From an uncultured virus (IMG/VR IMGVR_UViG_3300044679_000029) (taxonomy: Duplodnaviria; Heunggongvirae; Uroviricota; Caudoviricetes), in the IMG/VR virus record IMGVR_UViG_3300044679_000029, positions 1-64,000 of that record: a stretch of DNA of 64,000 nt; one strand, given 5' to 3'. The notes under the pieces are model-generated. The model did not search any database and was not told the origin of the DNA. It saw only the letters and a program-made list of their open reading frames with translations. Position 1 is the first letter of the stretch. Each line of letters opens with the position of its first letter. Below are positions 1 through 9,810 of this stretch, piece after piece. The position numbers and the translations under genes were made by a program.

Positions 1-184
1 ATATTTAAGGCTGCAGTTCCCAGTTCGGCAAAACCAGCAACTTTTAAAGCCAAATTTACACCAATAAGATATGCGGAGTTCATAGAGGCACCTCTGGTAA
101 ATTATAGTCATAACGGTAGGTACGCTAAATCAAAGTATTACGTGGTATAAGGATAAGTAATAAAACCACTATCTAAGGAGTAAC

Positions 185-361
185 ATGAATAATATTTTGA
201 AGTATGTTGCTGTCGCAGGCACCATCGGCGCTGCTTATGTCATAGGCGTTTTTTACAAGAGAACCGCGTTTAAGGTAGTCATCAAGCCTGAGGAAGCAAA
301 AGCCCTAAATGATACTATGAATCAGATTAACGAAGTCATTGCTGGTCTTAAGACTAAGTAA
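185..361 (+). CDS. small hydrophobic protein (58 aa, one TM segment); not in ORF track
   Basis: ATG at 185 after AAGGAG SD and TGGTATAAG (143-151); MNNILKYVAVAGTIGAAYVIGVFYKR...; stop TAA at 359-361. Confidence 0.7.
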   Translation: MNNILKYVAVAGTIGAAYVIGVFYKRTAFKVVIKPEEAKALNDTMNQINEVIAGLKTK

Positions 362-440
362 AACAACGTCAAAATGTGGTATAAGAAATAGAATAGGAAA
401 CAAACGCTTCCATTCAGGGAGCCAATAACTGGAGGTTATT

Positions 441-659
441 ATGGCGATGTTCAACAAGAAGGTCGACATGAAGAAGGTCTGCACCACGACTGCGCAGGTT
501 TCGTCAATCGTGTTAAACACCTCCGCTGCAGCGTTTATGGTTGTCGTCTTGACGAACAGCGTCATCGACTTCGTCAAGGACTTCAAGAGCGTGGTCAAGA
601 CGAAGAAGCCGGGCCACACGACGTACGCCGGCAAGACGCCGCTCTCAGCCGCAACGTAG
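441..659 (+). CDS. small protein with a hydrophobic segment
   Basis: GGAGG SD; preceded by TGGTATAAG at 377-385. Confidence 0.7.
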   Translation: MAMFNKKVDMKKVCTTTAQVSSIVLNTSAAAFMVVVLTNSVIDFVKDFKSVVKTKKPGHTTYAGKTPLSAAT

Positions 660-689
660 TCCTGAACTAGCCCTATCACGGCTGGGGCT

Positions 690-719
690 AAAAGAGAACG
701 CTAGTATAGGTTCTCTTTT
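690..719. terminator. bidirectional intrinsic terminator between convergent genes
   Basis: AAAAGAGAAC-N10-GTTCTCTTTT inverted repeat. Confidence 0.6.
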
Positions 720-1203
720 AGCTGTTATGAAACCTAGAAACGTTCTGGTATCCCGACGACAATTGACCGTAGCACGCTTCCATGTTCAACTGGGTCTTAT
801 ACATTTTAGCGGTAGACTTCCAGTCCGCCTTGATAGATTGTGCGAGCTGAAAGTAAATCTGGTTTTTATCGTCAATACCGATAGGCGCAATATCCCCGTC
901 CTGAACAGTCGCCTGGTTGCGAATCTGTAGAAAACTTTCAGATAACATTAGCCATGAGGCTACGCCAAGTATAAGTATGGACACGGGGATATTGCCATTC
1001 GTCGCGCCTGAGATCGGAGTCATTACGGCAAACTCATTCAAGGCCATCTGTGTAGCCATATCTAGCTCGGCGTCACTGAATTGAACTGTATCGAGTAGAA
1101 TATTAGACTGCGCACCGTAATCCCGGAGTAACATACGTATTTGATTACGACTTACGTAGAGAGGATTACCGGCTGTACTATTTGGCGTGGCTACAATGGG
1201 CAT
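718..1203 (-). CDS. putative head-completion/neck protein
   Basis: 161 aa at the end of the structural block; helical IRMLLRD...FSDAEL pattern resembles head-tail connector proteins. Confidence 0.5.
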   Translation of the reverse strand: MPIVATPNSTAGNPLYVSRNQIRMLLRDYGAQSNILLDTVQFSDAELDMATQMALNEFAVMTPISGATNGNIPVSILILGVASWLMLSESFLQIRNQATVQDGDIAPIGIDDKNQIYFQLAQSIKADWKSTAKMYKTQLNMEACYGQLSSGYQNVSRFHNS

Positions 1204-1223
1204 AATCTAATTATAGCCTTGTT

Positions 1224-2000
1224 TTAGTATAGTCCTGCGCAGCTCCAGTTTAGCTGAAGAACGTTAGTCGTGTTAGTAACGAAGAACGTCGCGCTGGTTT
1301 GAGTCAATGAATCATACTTAACAAAGCACTGCGATACGGTAGGCATGCTATTAGCTTCTATAGTACATGTACAAATCGGTAGCGGTGGACTGCCCGCGTC
1401 TAAACTATTAAAGTTTAGCGGAACAACAGAGCCGATAATAGACGGTACTGTTTCACCAACTTCGATAGCCCATGTAGTGTTAGATACACCGTTAACATAA
1501 GTTATAGCCGTACTGCTACCAGCGGGGCCCGGCGTGCCCTGAACGCTAACAACACCAGCGTCTACTACGACAGTTCCACCATCCGGAAGAACCAGTAATA
1601 CAGTTGCGCTGCCGTTAGGACCAGCGACACCCTGAATCCCCTGGGGACCCTGTAAACCTGTTAAACCAGTTGCGCCCGTCACACCTCGCGGGCCCTGTGG
1701 GCCCATATTTCCCTGAGGCCCAGCATCACCCTGAATCCCAGGAACACCCTGAGGCCCCTGTAGCCCTGTTAAACCCGTCGGTCCCTGAATCCCCTGTGGA
1801 CCAGTTGGCCCTGTGGCCCCAATCAAATCAAGATACGGTATAGAGATTAAATTATCGCTTGAGTCTGTAGCAACCAGTTGCCCTGGTGTTAGCGAGTTAT
1901 CTGTGATAGCCCCAGCATCAACATACGGCGCTAGAATATTTTGTGATAACGCGGTTGAAGCCAAAAATAAAATCGGAATAATAAATATTTTTAGGTTCAT
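1224..2000 (-). CDS. collagen-like (Gly-X-Y) protein with N-terminal signal peptide
   Basis: Long GXY run (GATGPTGPQGIQG...); likely start MNLKIFIIPILFLASTALS at 2000 overlaps the upstream stop. Confidence 0.75.
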   Translation of the reverse strand: MNLKIFIIPILFLASTALSQNILAPYVDAGAITDNSLTPGQLVATDSSDNLISIPYLDLIGATGPTGPQGIQGPTGLTGLQGPQGVPGIQGDAGPQGNMGPQGPRGVTGATGLTGLQGPQGIQGVAGPNGSATVLLVLPDGGTVVVDAGVVSVQGTPGPAGSSTAITYVNGVSNTTWAIEVGETVPSIIGSVVPLNFNSLDAGSPPLPICTCTIEANSMPTVSQCFVKYDSLTQTSATFFVTNTTNVLQLNWSCAGLY

Positions 2001-2617
2001 ACGGTAACCTCGATCACATCTGGGCCCCATTGTCCACTCAAAAAGAACTGTATAGCATAAGTATTACCGGACGGGACCATAATACTATCAGTCCAAGTAC
2101 CATCAGGGTTAGTGGTAGTTGTACCAAGGCAACCAGTTAATACAGCAGCATTATAATCCGCCAGGGTATACACGTTTATAGTAGCGCCACCAACCCCACA
2201 TCCATTTGGTTGAACATACTGCATGTTATTAGTTCCACCAGTATTTTGGTTTAATGCAGTAAACGTTGCGGCGTAATCCGCCGGTGTCATACCATCAAAA
2301 ATATAAATACTGTATGGAGTAGCGGCCGGAGTTACTACACTAGATAAAAGTTGAAAACTGGAGATCATGTAGTAGCCGTTAAACCACGCCGGTAGAGTTA
2401 TACCCAACGTCCATGACCATGTGTCAGTCGGTGTTGGTGTAGGAGTCTCAGTAAAATTGATAGCCGGAGCTACAGCAGCGCTAAGAGGTACGAAGGTTGA
2501 TGTAGACGTATCGTAATAATTACCTGTGGACACTTGGACGATATAGCTATAGAACCCGATACCAGGTTGAGCATAACTACTAGTTTGAACGAGAGATGCG
2601 GTTAAAGTCGATGGCAT
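1997..2617 (-). CDS. virion structural protein (beta-rich)
   Basis: T/S/Y-rich and low in charge; lies in the structural operon. Confidence 0.55.
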   Translation of the reverse strand: MPSTLTASLVQTSSYAQPGIGFYSYIVQVSTGNYYDTSTSTFVPLSAAVAPAINFTETPTPTPTDTWSWTLGITLPAWFNGYYMISSFQLLSSVVTPAATPYSIYIFDGMTPADYAATFTALNQNTGGTNNMQYVQPNGCGVGGATINVYTLADYNAAVLTGCLGTTTTNPDGTWTDSIMVPSGNTYAIQFFLSGQWGPDVIEVTV

Positions 2618-2626
2618 TTGAATGTT

Positions 2627-4078
2627 TTATTCGAAGTACCCGTTGATAAAGCAGACACCACGAATAACCTGTGAGGCAGTTGCGGTGCCAAGGAATTGTT
2701 TCATAATAACATGAAAATATTCACCGGCATTCACAACCAACGGGGATGAAAACTGTGTATCGATAGGGCCTGGTAGCGGCGCGGCACCAATCGCGGCACC
2801 AATCGCCCAAGATTGTATACCTAAAGCTACTCGCCGAACGATCTTAGCTCCGGCGCTATCTACAGTGCCTGCAAGTGTTACAGCAGTTGAGCCAGCGCTG
2901 CAACCCCACTGAAGTACAGTAGCTGTAGTAGCGACAGCAGCACCAGTATTTAACGAGTCGATGCGAATACCAGTTACGAATAGAGTTCTTCCAGGAACAG
3001 CCGCAGTGCCAGCCGGATTTAGGAACGCAAATAACGCGTAATCTGTTTCTGCCCCGGCAACGGTTGCAAACTGCCACTGACCACCCAGTGTGGCGTAACC
3101 AGCAGTGGTGTTACTTAGTGTAGCTGACGCAGGTGCCGTGGAATTTACATAACTGCTTGTCTGACCAGTAGTACCACCACCCACTGTATTCTGTATGGCG
3201 TTACCACCAGCGCCGACCATTGAATGTTCCCATCTACGGCTAGCACCACCGTCTAGTAGTGTTACCGCGCACGCACCAATCTTAAAGATGTTAGCAGTGC
3301 TCGGTACAGAACTGGTGTTGTAGATACGAAAACTTACAGGCTGCTCATAAGCAGCTGTAGTACTAGCACCGGCTGCGCCTACAGCAATCGTTGCTGCGAG
3401 GTTGTTGTTAATATAGAAATACGCGTTGTTTGCATTAACGACGATGACAGTATCGTATCGTGTCCCGGCTGCGGCTACAAACCCTAGATCTACGTAATTT
3501 TCAGTTCCGTTAAAGTTTGTTACAGCTAGGAAATCACCAGCACCGTTGATACGAAAGAACGCGCCGTCGGTAGGCGTAGCGTTTGTCGCCATAAAGCCGA
3601 AGCCCCACTCCATAACGGTGTTAGACTGCGGTACTTGGCTGAATTGCACTGCAGCTTCAAAGCGTAGCCCTAAGTCCTGGAATATAGGAAATGTTCTATA
3701 AGTCTTAGCGATAGCATAGGTGCTTGCAGTTGTGGTCGCGTTAGCATCAAGATTTAAGAAACCACCGGCAACCGTAATAGTCATCGTGGATGTACTCTGA
3801 TTCCACAAACTAAGATCTATGGCAGTACCAGAAAATGTACCGAGGAATTCTGGGACACAGGTAGCTGCTAGTAAACGATTAGCATCAGTCGATTCAATAC
3901 GTCTTACGGCGCGCGGAGCATTACTTGGATATACGATACCGTCACTAACAACTGTGCCGAGTGCCTCGTAGCCTGCTTGCGCAGCGACAGTAGGACCATT
4001 GGTATAAAGATTACCGTTAGCATCAACGTTAGCTAAGTTGCCAGTACTGCCACTTTGAATAGGAATTCCTGAGGCCAT
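2627..4078 (-). CDS. virion structural/fibre protein, possible lectin-like beta-sandwich
   Basis: 483 aa, A/T/G-rich; DGAFFR...YFYIN pattern resembles ConA-like domains. Confidence 0.55.
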   Translation of the reverse strand: MASGIPIQSGSTGNLANVDANGNLYTNGPTVAAQAGYEALGTVVSDGIVYPSNAPRAVRRIESTDANRLLAATCVPEFLGTFSGTAIDLSLWNQSTSTMTITVAGGFLNLDANATTTASTYAIAKTYRTFPIFQDLGLRFEAAVQFSQVPQSNTVMEWGFGFMATNATPTDGAFFRINGAGDFLAVTNFNGTENYVDLGFVAAAGTRYDTVIVVNANNAYFYINNNLAATIAVGAAGASTTAAYEQPVSFRIYNTSSVPSTANIFKIGACAVTLLDGGASRRWEHSMVGAGGNAIQNTVGGGTTGQTSSYVNSTAPASATLSNTTAGYATLGGQWQFATVAGAETDYALFAFLNPAGTAAVPGRTLFVTGIRIDSLNTGAAVATTATVLQWGCSAGSTAVTLAGTVDSAGAKIVRRVALGIQSWAIGAAIGAAPLPGPIDTQFSSPLVVNAGEYFHVIMKQFLGTATASQVIRGVCFINGYFE

Positions 4079-4096
4079 GATTCTCTCCTTTTAAAT

Positions 4097-4462
4097 TTAT
4101 GTCCAAGACCATCGGACTTGAAATGTATTGCTAATACTCCAACCGCTACTAGCATAGATAGTAAAACCAGTACCAGGAACTATAGCACCAGCTACGAGTT
4201 GCATAGGCGCAAGTTGGTGGATCATCTCGTTGTTATCTACCGTACTATCAGCCATGACGCAAGCTATAATCGTCGATGTAGATAAAATCTGCGTTTGTCC
4301 CGTGACCACAACCGACGCGAATGTGTTGCCAGGAGCAACACCAAAGTTTAGCGTTGCAATGCCACAAGTAGTATCGGCGCCAGCAGGCCCGGTAGGACCA
4401 GTGGCTCCGGTAGGACCAGCGGGCCCGACAAGATTTGGATTAACTAGTTGCTGTAAGGACAT
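4097..4462 (-). CDS. short collagen-repeat structural protein
   Basis: GPAGPTGATGPTGPAG followed by a beta domain. Confidence 0.65.
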   Translation of the reverse strand: MSLQQLVNPNLVGPAGPTGATGPTGPAGADTTCGIATLNFGVAPGNTFASVVVTGQTQILSTSTIIACVMADSTVDNNEMIHQLAPMQLVAGAIVPGTGFTIYASSGWSISNTFQVRWSWT

Positions 4463-4463
4463 A

Positions 4464-4802
4464 TTAGGTTACCTGAACACCAAATACAGAAAAGCTTACG
4501 TTAGCGACATCGGAATAGCAGCGGAGAACATCGCCCGAGGCCATAGATATACCAGTAGTTATTTCCATCATATTTTCAGCCGTCAGAGACGCATAACAAA
4601 AGTATTGTGCTCCAGGAAATCCTGTATCAGACGCCCCTCCCACACCTATAGACATACGCACGTTTGCTGCCGAACTACTGTTCTGGTTGCAAATTATAAT
4701 AGACGATAGCGCAGCGCTCGTCGATCCAGGAACAGTATAGATAGCAGTAAGCGTAGCCGCAGTTGGCATGGCTTGCGCGAGGTTTTGTAGTGTCTCCGCC
4801 AT
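4464..4802 (-). CDS. small virion structural protein
   Basis: IYTVP...SSIIICNQ...SFSVFG pattern is common in phage structural clusters. Confidence 0.6.
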   Translation of the reverse strand: MAETLQNLAQAMPTAATLTAIYTVPGSTSAALSSIIICNQNSSSAANVRMSIGVGGASDTGFPGAQYFCYASLTAENMMEITTGISMASGDVLRCYSDVANVSFSVFGVQVT

Positions 4803-4810
4803 TTACTTTT

Positions 4811-5074
4811 TTACATGCCTCCGAAAAGAAATGAATTAGTAAACGTTGGTGTACTTCCACCCCCACCGGTATAGTTTGCATTACCGTATGACAATGTTAC
4901 GAAGTCTGCGCCGACGAGTGGACTAGCACCTCGAACATTAGCATAGTTAGTACCACCAGCTGATGTAGTCGCTGAAATGACCGAGCTTGAGACATTATTT
5001 AAACCAGGACCTGAGGGGCCGCCGATTTGAAAAAATGAATTTATAACTCCGGCTATTTTAGAAAATATACTCAT
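4811..5074 (-). CDS. structural protein; truncated paralog of 5078..5908
   Basis: First ~62 aa nearly identical to the adjacent gene. Confidence 0.7.
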   Translation of the reverse strand: MSIFSKIAGVINSFFQIGGPSGPGLNNVSSSVISATTSAGGTNYANVRGASPLVGADFVTLSYGNANYTGGGGSTPTFTNSFLFGGM

Positions 5075-5077
5075 AGT

Positions 5078-5908
5078 TTAGCTCAGTGCAGAAACGTATT
5101 GAACAGTGACAACCCCAGCGCCTGCGCCGGGTGAACCAGCCACAGACACTAGTACTTGGTACTGTGTACTTCCCCAACTAACGCGTGCCGCAGACTGATA
5201 ATCATCAACAGTCTGTGCGACGTTATCACCTGTTCCCATAAGTAGGGTCGTTGATCCTGTTTGCCCAACAGAAATAGTTGCACCACCAGAATAAGGAGTA
5301 GTGATCGTGACATCCGTTCGTAATACAACAGCATTAGCTGGAATATACGTTGTACTCGATTGACTCGCTGAAGTTCCAATCACGAAGTCTATCACATATA
5401 TAGCCCCGCTTACACTCGGACTAATGTTAGACCAAGCTGATCCTGTCCATACGTATTCCTGGTTGGCAGTAAATGTAAACGTTCCACCCGTTAGGGAAGT
5501 CGTTACGATAATCGACCCACCAGCGACAGGTGATATAATAGAGACGTTACCAGTGTTACTACCGTCGTCCCATAGGACAGCACCGGCTATATACGCCGCA
5601 GCCGCTCCAGATCCAGCGGTAGAAACTACGATATAGTGTTCGGTACTTGTGTTAGCTATTAGTGCTGATGCTGCGTTTGATTGCGCAGTAACGATCAGAG
5701 GCTTAAACGCCTCGTCAACGTAAGCTTTAGTCGTAAAGTCGGCGTCTACTAATGGTGTCGCGCCTCTAACGTTAGCGTAGTTAGTACCACCAGCGGAAGT
5801 AGTCGCAGAGATTACTGTCGTCGAAACGTTATTTAATCCAGGACCAGCAGGACCGCCAAGCTGGAAGAACGAATTAATTACGCCCGATAGTTTTGAAAAT
5901 AAGCTCAT
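5078..5908 (-). CDS. virion structural protein
   Basis: T/S/G/A-rich; ADFTTKAYVD motif typical of fibre/decoration proteins. Confidence 0.65.
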   Translation of the reverse strand: MSLFSKLSGVINSFFQLGGPAGPGLNNVSTTVISATTSAGGTNYANVRGATPLVDADFTTKAYVDEAFKPLIVTAQSNAASALIANTSTEHYIVVSTAGSGAAAAYIAGAVLWDDGSNTGNVSIISPVAGGSIIVTTSLTGGTFTFTANQEYVWTGSAWSNISPSVSGAIYVIDFVIGTSASQSSTTYIPANAVVLRTDVTITTPYSGGATISVGQTGSTTLLMGTGDNVAQTVDDYQSAARVSWGSTQYQVLVSVAGSPGAGAGVVTVQYVSALS

Positions 5909-5920
5909 AGTTCACTCCCT

Positions 5921-6511
5921 CTATTTTATACGATAAAATAATAGTCCAGCACCCTGTGTTGAGGCACCAGCGGTTATTGTTAAAATAAGATAGTCGTTTC
6001 GGCTCATCACGAATATCTCATTATTTATATTCTGCGTATCCTCAGTTACTACGGCGTCATCAGACCCAAATATTAGTTGAGGTGACGTAGCAGTGCCGAC
6101 ATATACGCTGGCACCCGAATCATTAAATGGCGTACTAACCATAACCACAACTGTATCAATAATTTGCCCGGTAGTTACAGCCTGAAGTACCATTGGTGAT
6201 GCTGATTGATAGGTAAATGAAACCGTTAAAATATCATCGCTGCTCGAAGGCGCAGGCGACCATTCAGCCCCATCGTACGTTAATAGTTCGCCAGTAGTCG
6301 GTACATCTGGTGACACCGGAACGCCTTGTAGACCGATTACAGTCGGATTGGGATAGAACCCAGTAAGATCTCCGCCTGCCGGTATATTTAGCAACCGGCG
6401 CGGATTTAATAATATAGTTTTCTCACTAGGTACTGAATAACCAGTAGTAGTAAGTGTATTAGGTCCGGTTTTTACCGGTGTAATAGGGTCTAATACAATT
6501 TGAGTAGCCAT
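5921..6511 (-). CDS. virion structural protein
   Basis: AGGDLTGFYPNPTV motif and GELLTYDGAEWSP fibre-type repeat. Confidence 0.65.
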   Translation of the reverse strand: MATQIVLDPITPVKTGPNTLTTTGYSVPSEKTILLNPRRLLNIPAGGDLTGFYPNPTVIGLQGVPVSPDVPTTGELLTYDGAEWSPAPSSSDDILTVSFTYQSASPMVLQAVTTGQIIDTVVVMVSTPFNDSGASVYVGTATSPQLIFGSDDAVVTEDTQNINNEIFVMSRNDYLILTITAGASTQGAGLLFYRIK

Positions 6512-6527
6512 GCAATAATAATAGGCC

Positions 6528-6815
6528 CTACTTCATAGTTCTCTTACGTGGGATAGCGCTACGCGGAGTAGTAGCTCCACGCTTAGGTGGGGCGGATTCT
6601 GCGGCGGGCTTAAAGGAGTCTGGCTGGACTTTTAAAAATCCCCTGGCTAAAAAAGATTGAATTTCAGGTAGTTCAATCTGTTCATCGGTTAGAACGACGG
6701 TATCAGATTCTATACCGCCTTCTCGCGGCCGGTCCTTGGGGCTCCACTTAGCCCTAAGGGCCGGTACATTAATTGATAGGCAACGATCTTCGCAAATATT
6801 TTGCACCTTAGGCAT
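6528..6815 (-). CDS. small protein downstream of the capsid gene (start re-called at MPKVQ)
   Basis: AAGGAAAG SD upstream of 6815; sigma70-type promoter at 6895-6923. Confidence 0.55.
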   Translation of the reverse strand: MPKVQNICEDRCLSINVPALRAKWSPKDRPREGGIESDTVVLTDEQIELPEIQSFLARGFLKVQPDSFKPAAESAPPKRGATTPRSAIPRKRTMK

Positions 6816-6894
6816 TTTTCTTTCCTTTATTGAGTAATGCTTGTTTTTGTTCGGTCGTCCAAAGATTATCACTCTTCTTCAGATTTTCTTGTAC

Positions 6895-6923
6895 AGTATA
6901 ACACGTAAAGAGTTAGTTGTCAA
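6895..6923 (-). promoter_or_regulatory. sigma70-type promoter TTGACA-17-TATACT
   Basis: Near-consensus -35/-10 with 17-bp spacer; same class recurs at 19281, 23860, 38862, 42908, 46717, 47288. Confidence 0.7.
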
Positions 6924-6935
6924 GTCTATACAAAT

Positions 6936-6964
6936 AAAAAAGCCACCCTTTCGAGTGGCTTCTT
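6936..6964 (-). terminator. intrinsic terminator after the capsid gene
   Basis: AAGCCAC-cctttcga-GTGGCTT hairpin with a U-tract on the minus strand. Confidence 0.7.
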
Positions 6965-6987
6965 AAAACTGCTATAGTTAGGCTGGT

Positions 6988-7890
6988 TTAGAGAACAACC
7001 CGAGTCATTGAAGCTGTATTTCCAATTCCAATCCCCGGAGCTGAATATGACCAGAAATTAATGATATCCGCTTCCTGCTTGATGAACAAGGTCGCGTCCT
7101 GTAAAAGGAAGAAATTTCCGAGGTAATTTTCTGGGCCAAATACCCATAGCTCGTTCGAGGGAAGAATATCGGTCTTGATGGTAGTCACGACTGGGATACC
7201 AAAGAGCTTCTCTTCGCTCTCGATACCGTTGTCGTAATGGCGAGATGCCACGTCATTACCAACCGCAGTAGCGGGGAGATTGAGCGCCTCGTAGTAAAGT
7301 TCCTTGGTCATAAGGATCTTACCAATCGGAATCTTACGGCTGATTAGGTTCTGGAACGCGGCCGAAAGATTTGCAGCATTAAGACCGCCGGACGGAGTTA
7401 GAACCTGCGATGCGTTAGCATTCGCAATGGCTAGGACGGTATCGTAAAACGCGATATCTTCCTGGTCGCTCATATCCTTAACAGAGTTGTCCGATAGAAT
7501 CTTACGGATATCGTTCTGGTAGGTCATGAGTTCGAACTTTGACTTGTTGAACCGCTGGCTCTCAACCTTACCGAAAAATACTTGGTAACGAGGTCCATGG
7601 AACCAAGTCCGCGGACCGGTTCCCTTAAAGGGAACGTAGGTCGCGACAGAGTCCGGCTCAATTTCGACAATTTTCTTGGGCAGGTCGGTGTTCACGTCGC
7701 GGTCGATCTCATCGTCGGCAAGCATAACCGGGGTGAGAATCTCACGAGCAAACGACTCCTGACGCATCTTGGCGCGGATGAAAGCCGAACCCTCAGCGGC
7801 AGCTTCCTTAGTCCGCCCGTCTTCGAGCTTGCGCACGAAGTTGCTGTTGAGCAACTGGGCTGAGACTTGCGTAGTTTCTGTTCTATACAT
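6988..7890 (-). CDS. major capsid protein (HK97 fold)
   Basis: 300 aa; FIRAKMRQESFAREILTP and EIEPDS segments, DQED helix, C-terminal GIGIGN; lies downstream of protease/scaffold genes and ends in a terminator. Confidence 0.8.
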   Translation of the reverse strand: MYRTETTQVSAQLLNSNFVRKLEDGRTKEAAAEGSAFIRAKMRQESFAREILTPVMLADDEIDRDVNTDLPKKIVEIEPDSVATYVPFKGTGPRTWFHGPRYQVFFGKVESQRFNKSKFELMTYQNDIRKILSDNSVKDMSDQEDIAFYDTVLAIANANASQVLTPSGGLNAANLSAAFQNLISRKIPIGKILMTKELYYEALNLPATAVGNDVASRHYDNGIESEEKLFGIPVVTTIKTDILPSNELWVFGPENYLGNFFLLQDATLFIKQEADIINFWSYSAPGIGIGNTASMTRVVL

Positions 7891-7936
7891 ATTATGCCTC
7901 CGGAAAAGTCCTTAAAGGGTTCGCGTCTAATTACTA

Positions 7937-8461
7937 TTAGCGGCTGATGAGATCCACTGTTAGAGTACCAGCGCCGTATACAGTCGAAGCAGCAGAGACG
8001 TTGTTGAATACAACCACACCAACAGTCTGGAAGTCTGCGGAAGCGCCAGTCTTAAGAGTTAGGTAACCCTTAGTACCAGTAGGATCGCTAGCATCAGAGT
8101 TCGCGCCGTCAGAAACGGTTAGAAGTGCGCCAGGAACCAGGCTACCGTTATTCACGAATAGAGTAGTCTGAATCTGAACACGGTTGGCCTTGATGAGAGT
8201 CACGTTGCCGGTGGCAAGCGCGTCGAACTCATTAGAGGTATTACCCTCAACCACCAGCCAGAACGGGGTAGGACCAGTGTCCACGCCTTCGTTAGGAACG
8301 GTGCCGGCTAGCGCAGCAACAGGAGAGCCGCTTGAGTTAGTGACATAAACAAGCATGCCTTCCTGAAGAGTAGTGCTAGAAGCAGGCGGGATGTCGAGTT
8401 CGTCAACTGACTCTGACGGCCAACCACGAACAACATCGAATGAAGAAGCAAGTAATGACAT
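7937..8461 (-). CDS. capsid decoration/cement protein (putative)
   Basis: 174-aa beta-rich protein immediately upstream of the capsid gene. Confidence 0.55.
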   Translation of the reverse strand: MSLLASSFDVVRGWPSESVDELDIPPASSTTLQEGMLVYVTNSSGSPVAALAGTVPNEGVDTGPTPFWLVVEGNTSNEFDALATGNVTLIKANRVQIQTTLFVNNGSLVPGALLTVSDGANSDASDPTGTKGYLTLKTGASADFQTVGVVVFNNVSAASTVYGAGTLTVDLISR

Positions 8462-8476
8462 AGTTGTATCTCCTCT

Positions 8477-8833
8477 TTAACTAATAAGCCAGTTTTCAAA
8501 ATTCTTATCCGCAGCCGCAGAGGCTTCTTTTACTGAGCGCGGGGTTAAAGTTGAACCATCTTGACGATCACCAGCATCGCCTAGTTTATCGGCCGGAGCG
8601 TTAGCGCCAGCAATTTTTGTCAGAAGCGCGAGAACATCTTTGCTCTCAGCGAGCTTCTCTGCCATCTCTGCGGAGACTTCTTCACCAGCTAGAGCTGACA
8701 GGCTGGTTTGAATCTCGGTAGCTAACTTAATCTTAGCGTTCTTCTCGACCGAAGACTTCTCAGTCTCAACGGCCTCGATATAAGCAGCTGCCTTCTCAAG
8801 TACTTCGGCAGTCAATGTTAGAAGATCATTCAT
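8477..8833 (-). CDS. scaffold-like helical protein with K-x-A motifs
   Basis: A/E/K-rich; contains KLA, KIA, KEA. Confidence 0.55.
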   Translation of the reverse strand: MNDLLTLTAEVLEKAAAYIEAVETEKSSVEKNAKIKLATEIQTSLSALAGEEVSAEMAEKLAESKDVLALLTKIAGANAPADKLGDAGDRQDGSTLTPRSVKEASAAADKNFENWLIS

Positions 8834-8974
8834 TTAGGCAATCCACCGACGAAGAGTTTCGATACCGAGTGCAGCTGATGCAATCTTTTCTGCGGCCGTC
8901 TTACGTGAGGCAACAGCAATCTCAGCTTCCTTACGGAGGGTGGCTGCTAAGGTCTTTAGAGTCTCTGAGATCAT
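8834..8974 (-). CDS. 46-aa K-x-A protein missed by ORF track
   Basis: MISETLKTLAATLRKEAEIAVASRKTAAEKIAS...WIA*; fills the gap between its neighbours exactly. Confidence 0.7.
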   Translation of the reverse strand: MISETLKTLAATLRKEAEIAVASRKTAAEKIASAALGIETLRRWIA

Positions 8975-9181
8975 TTACTTAATGCTTTCTTTGACTTCAT
9001 CAACTGTTACGTCAGACTGTGCTGCTTTCAGTGCTTCTGCTACTTTGATTAACGACTGAGCTAATACTGATGTAATTGTAGGTTCGCTTCTTTTCTCTAT
9101 CAATTCGATATCTTTGCTAACTGCATCTCCCGCAGTCTTTATAAGGTCTTCAATAACACTATCTAGCTTTGACTTAATCAT
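8975..9181 (-). CDS. small K-x-A head protein
   Basis: Contains KTA and KVA; tightly packed in the operon. Confidence 0.6.
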   Translation of the reverse strand: MIKSKLDSVIEDLIKTAGDAVSKDIELIEKRSEPTITSVLAQSLIKVAEALKAAQSDVTVDEVKESIK

Positions 9182-9192
9182 TAGTTAATTCT

Positions 9193-9765
9193 TTATGCCT
9201 GCGCCCAAATGGCCTCAACAACAGCCCTTGCGTCGTTGTAGCCGCGATCAAAACAATCCGAAGCGGTCTTCTCGATCTCCTTCATCGTATCGTTGTAACC
9301 AGCGGCAGCAGACTTGAGGAATTCTGGGTCCTGTGCGAGATTCTCAACGGCGTTATTATGGCCAAATTCAATGGCCTGCTTAACGAGTTCGGGGTATGCA
9401 GCAGCCAGCTTCTCAATCGAATCGACTTCGACAGCAGCGGTCTTGGTGCTTTCCTGGAACTGTGATAGGCGAGCAACGAAACCATCTGCTACGCAACTTC
9501 CATATAATTCAGCTTCCTTTCGGAGAGCCGCATCTTTAGCATCAGCTAGATCAGAAGCAATCTTATTTAGTTCTGAAACGGCCGGCTTCGCCCCAGCGGT
9601 CTTCGCAGATGCGGACTTAGTAGCTTCTTTTGCGCGTTCGAGAGCACCCATTAAGTCGGCTCTGGCGGCCTCTGACTTAGTGGCCTCAGAAGCGGTCTTA
9701 GTTACGCCAGCATCCTCAACGGATTGTAAATCTGAAAGAATTGATTCAAGAGTTAAACCGGCCAT
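9193..9765 (-). CDS. scaffold/internal head protein
   Basis: Repeated KTAS/KTAG/KIAS/KQA; GGAG SD supports a start at MAGLTL. Confidence 0.6.
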   Translation of the reverse strand: MAGLTLESILSDLQSVEDAGVTKTASEATKSEAARADLMGALERAKEATKSASAKTAGAKPAVSELNKIASDLADAKDAALRKEAELYGSCVADGFVARLSQFQESTKTAAVEVDSIEKLAAAYPELVKQAIEFGHNNAVENLAQDPEFLKSAAAGYNDTMKEIEKTASDCFDRGYNDARAVVEAIWAQA

Positions 9766-9810
9766 ATAGTATTGCTCCTTCAAAATGAGCTACTGTAAAT
9801 ATAGTAGATA

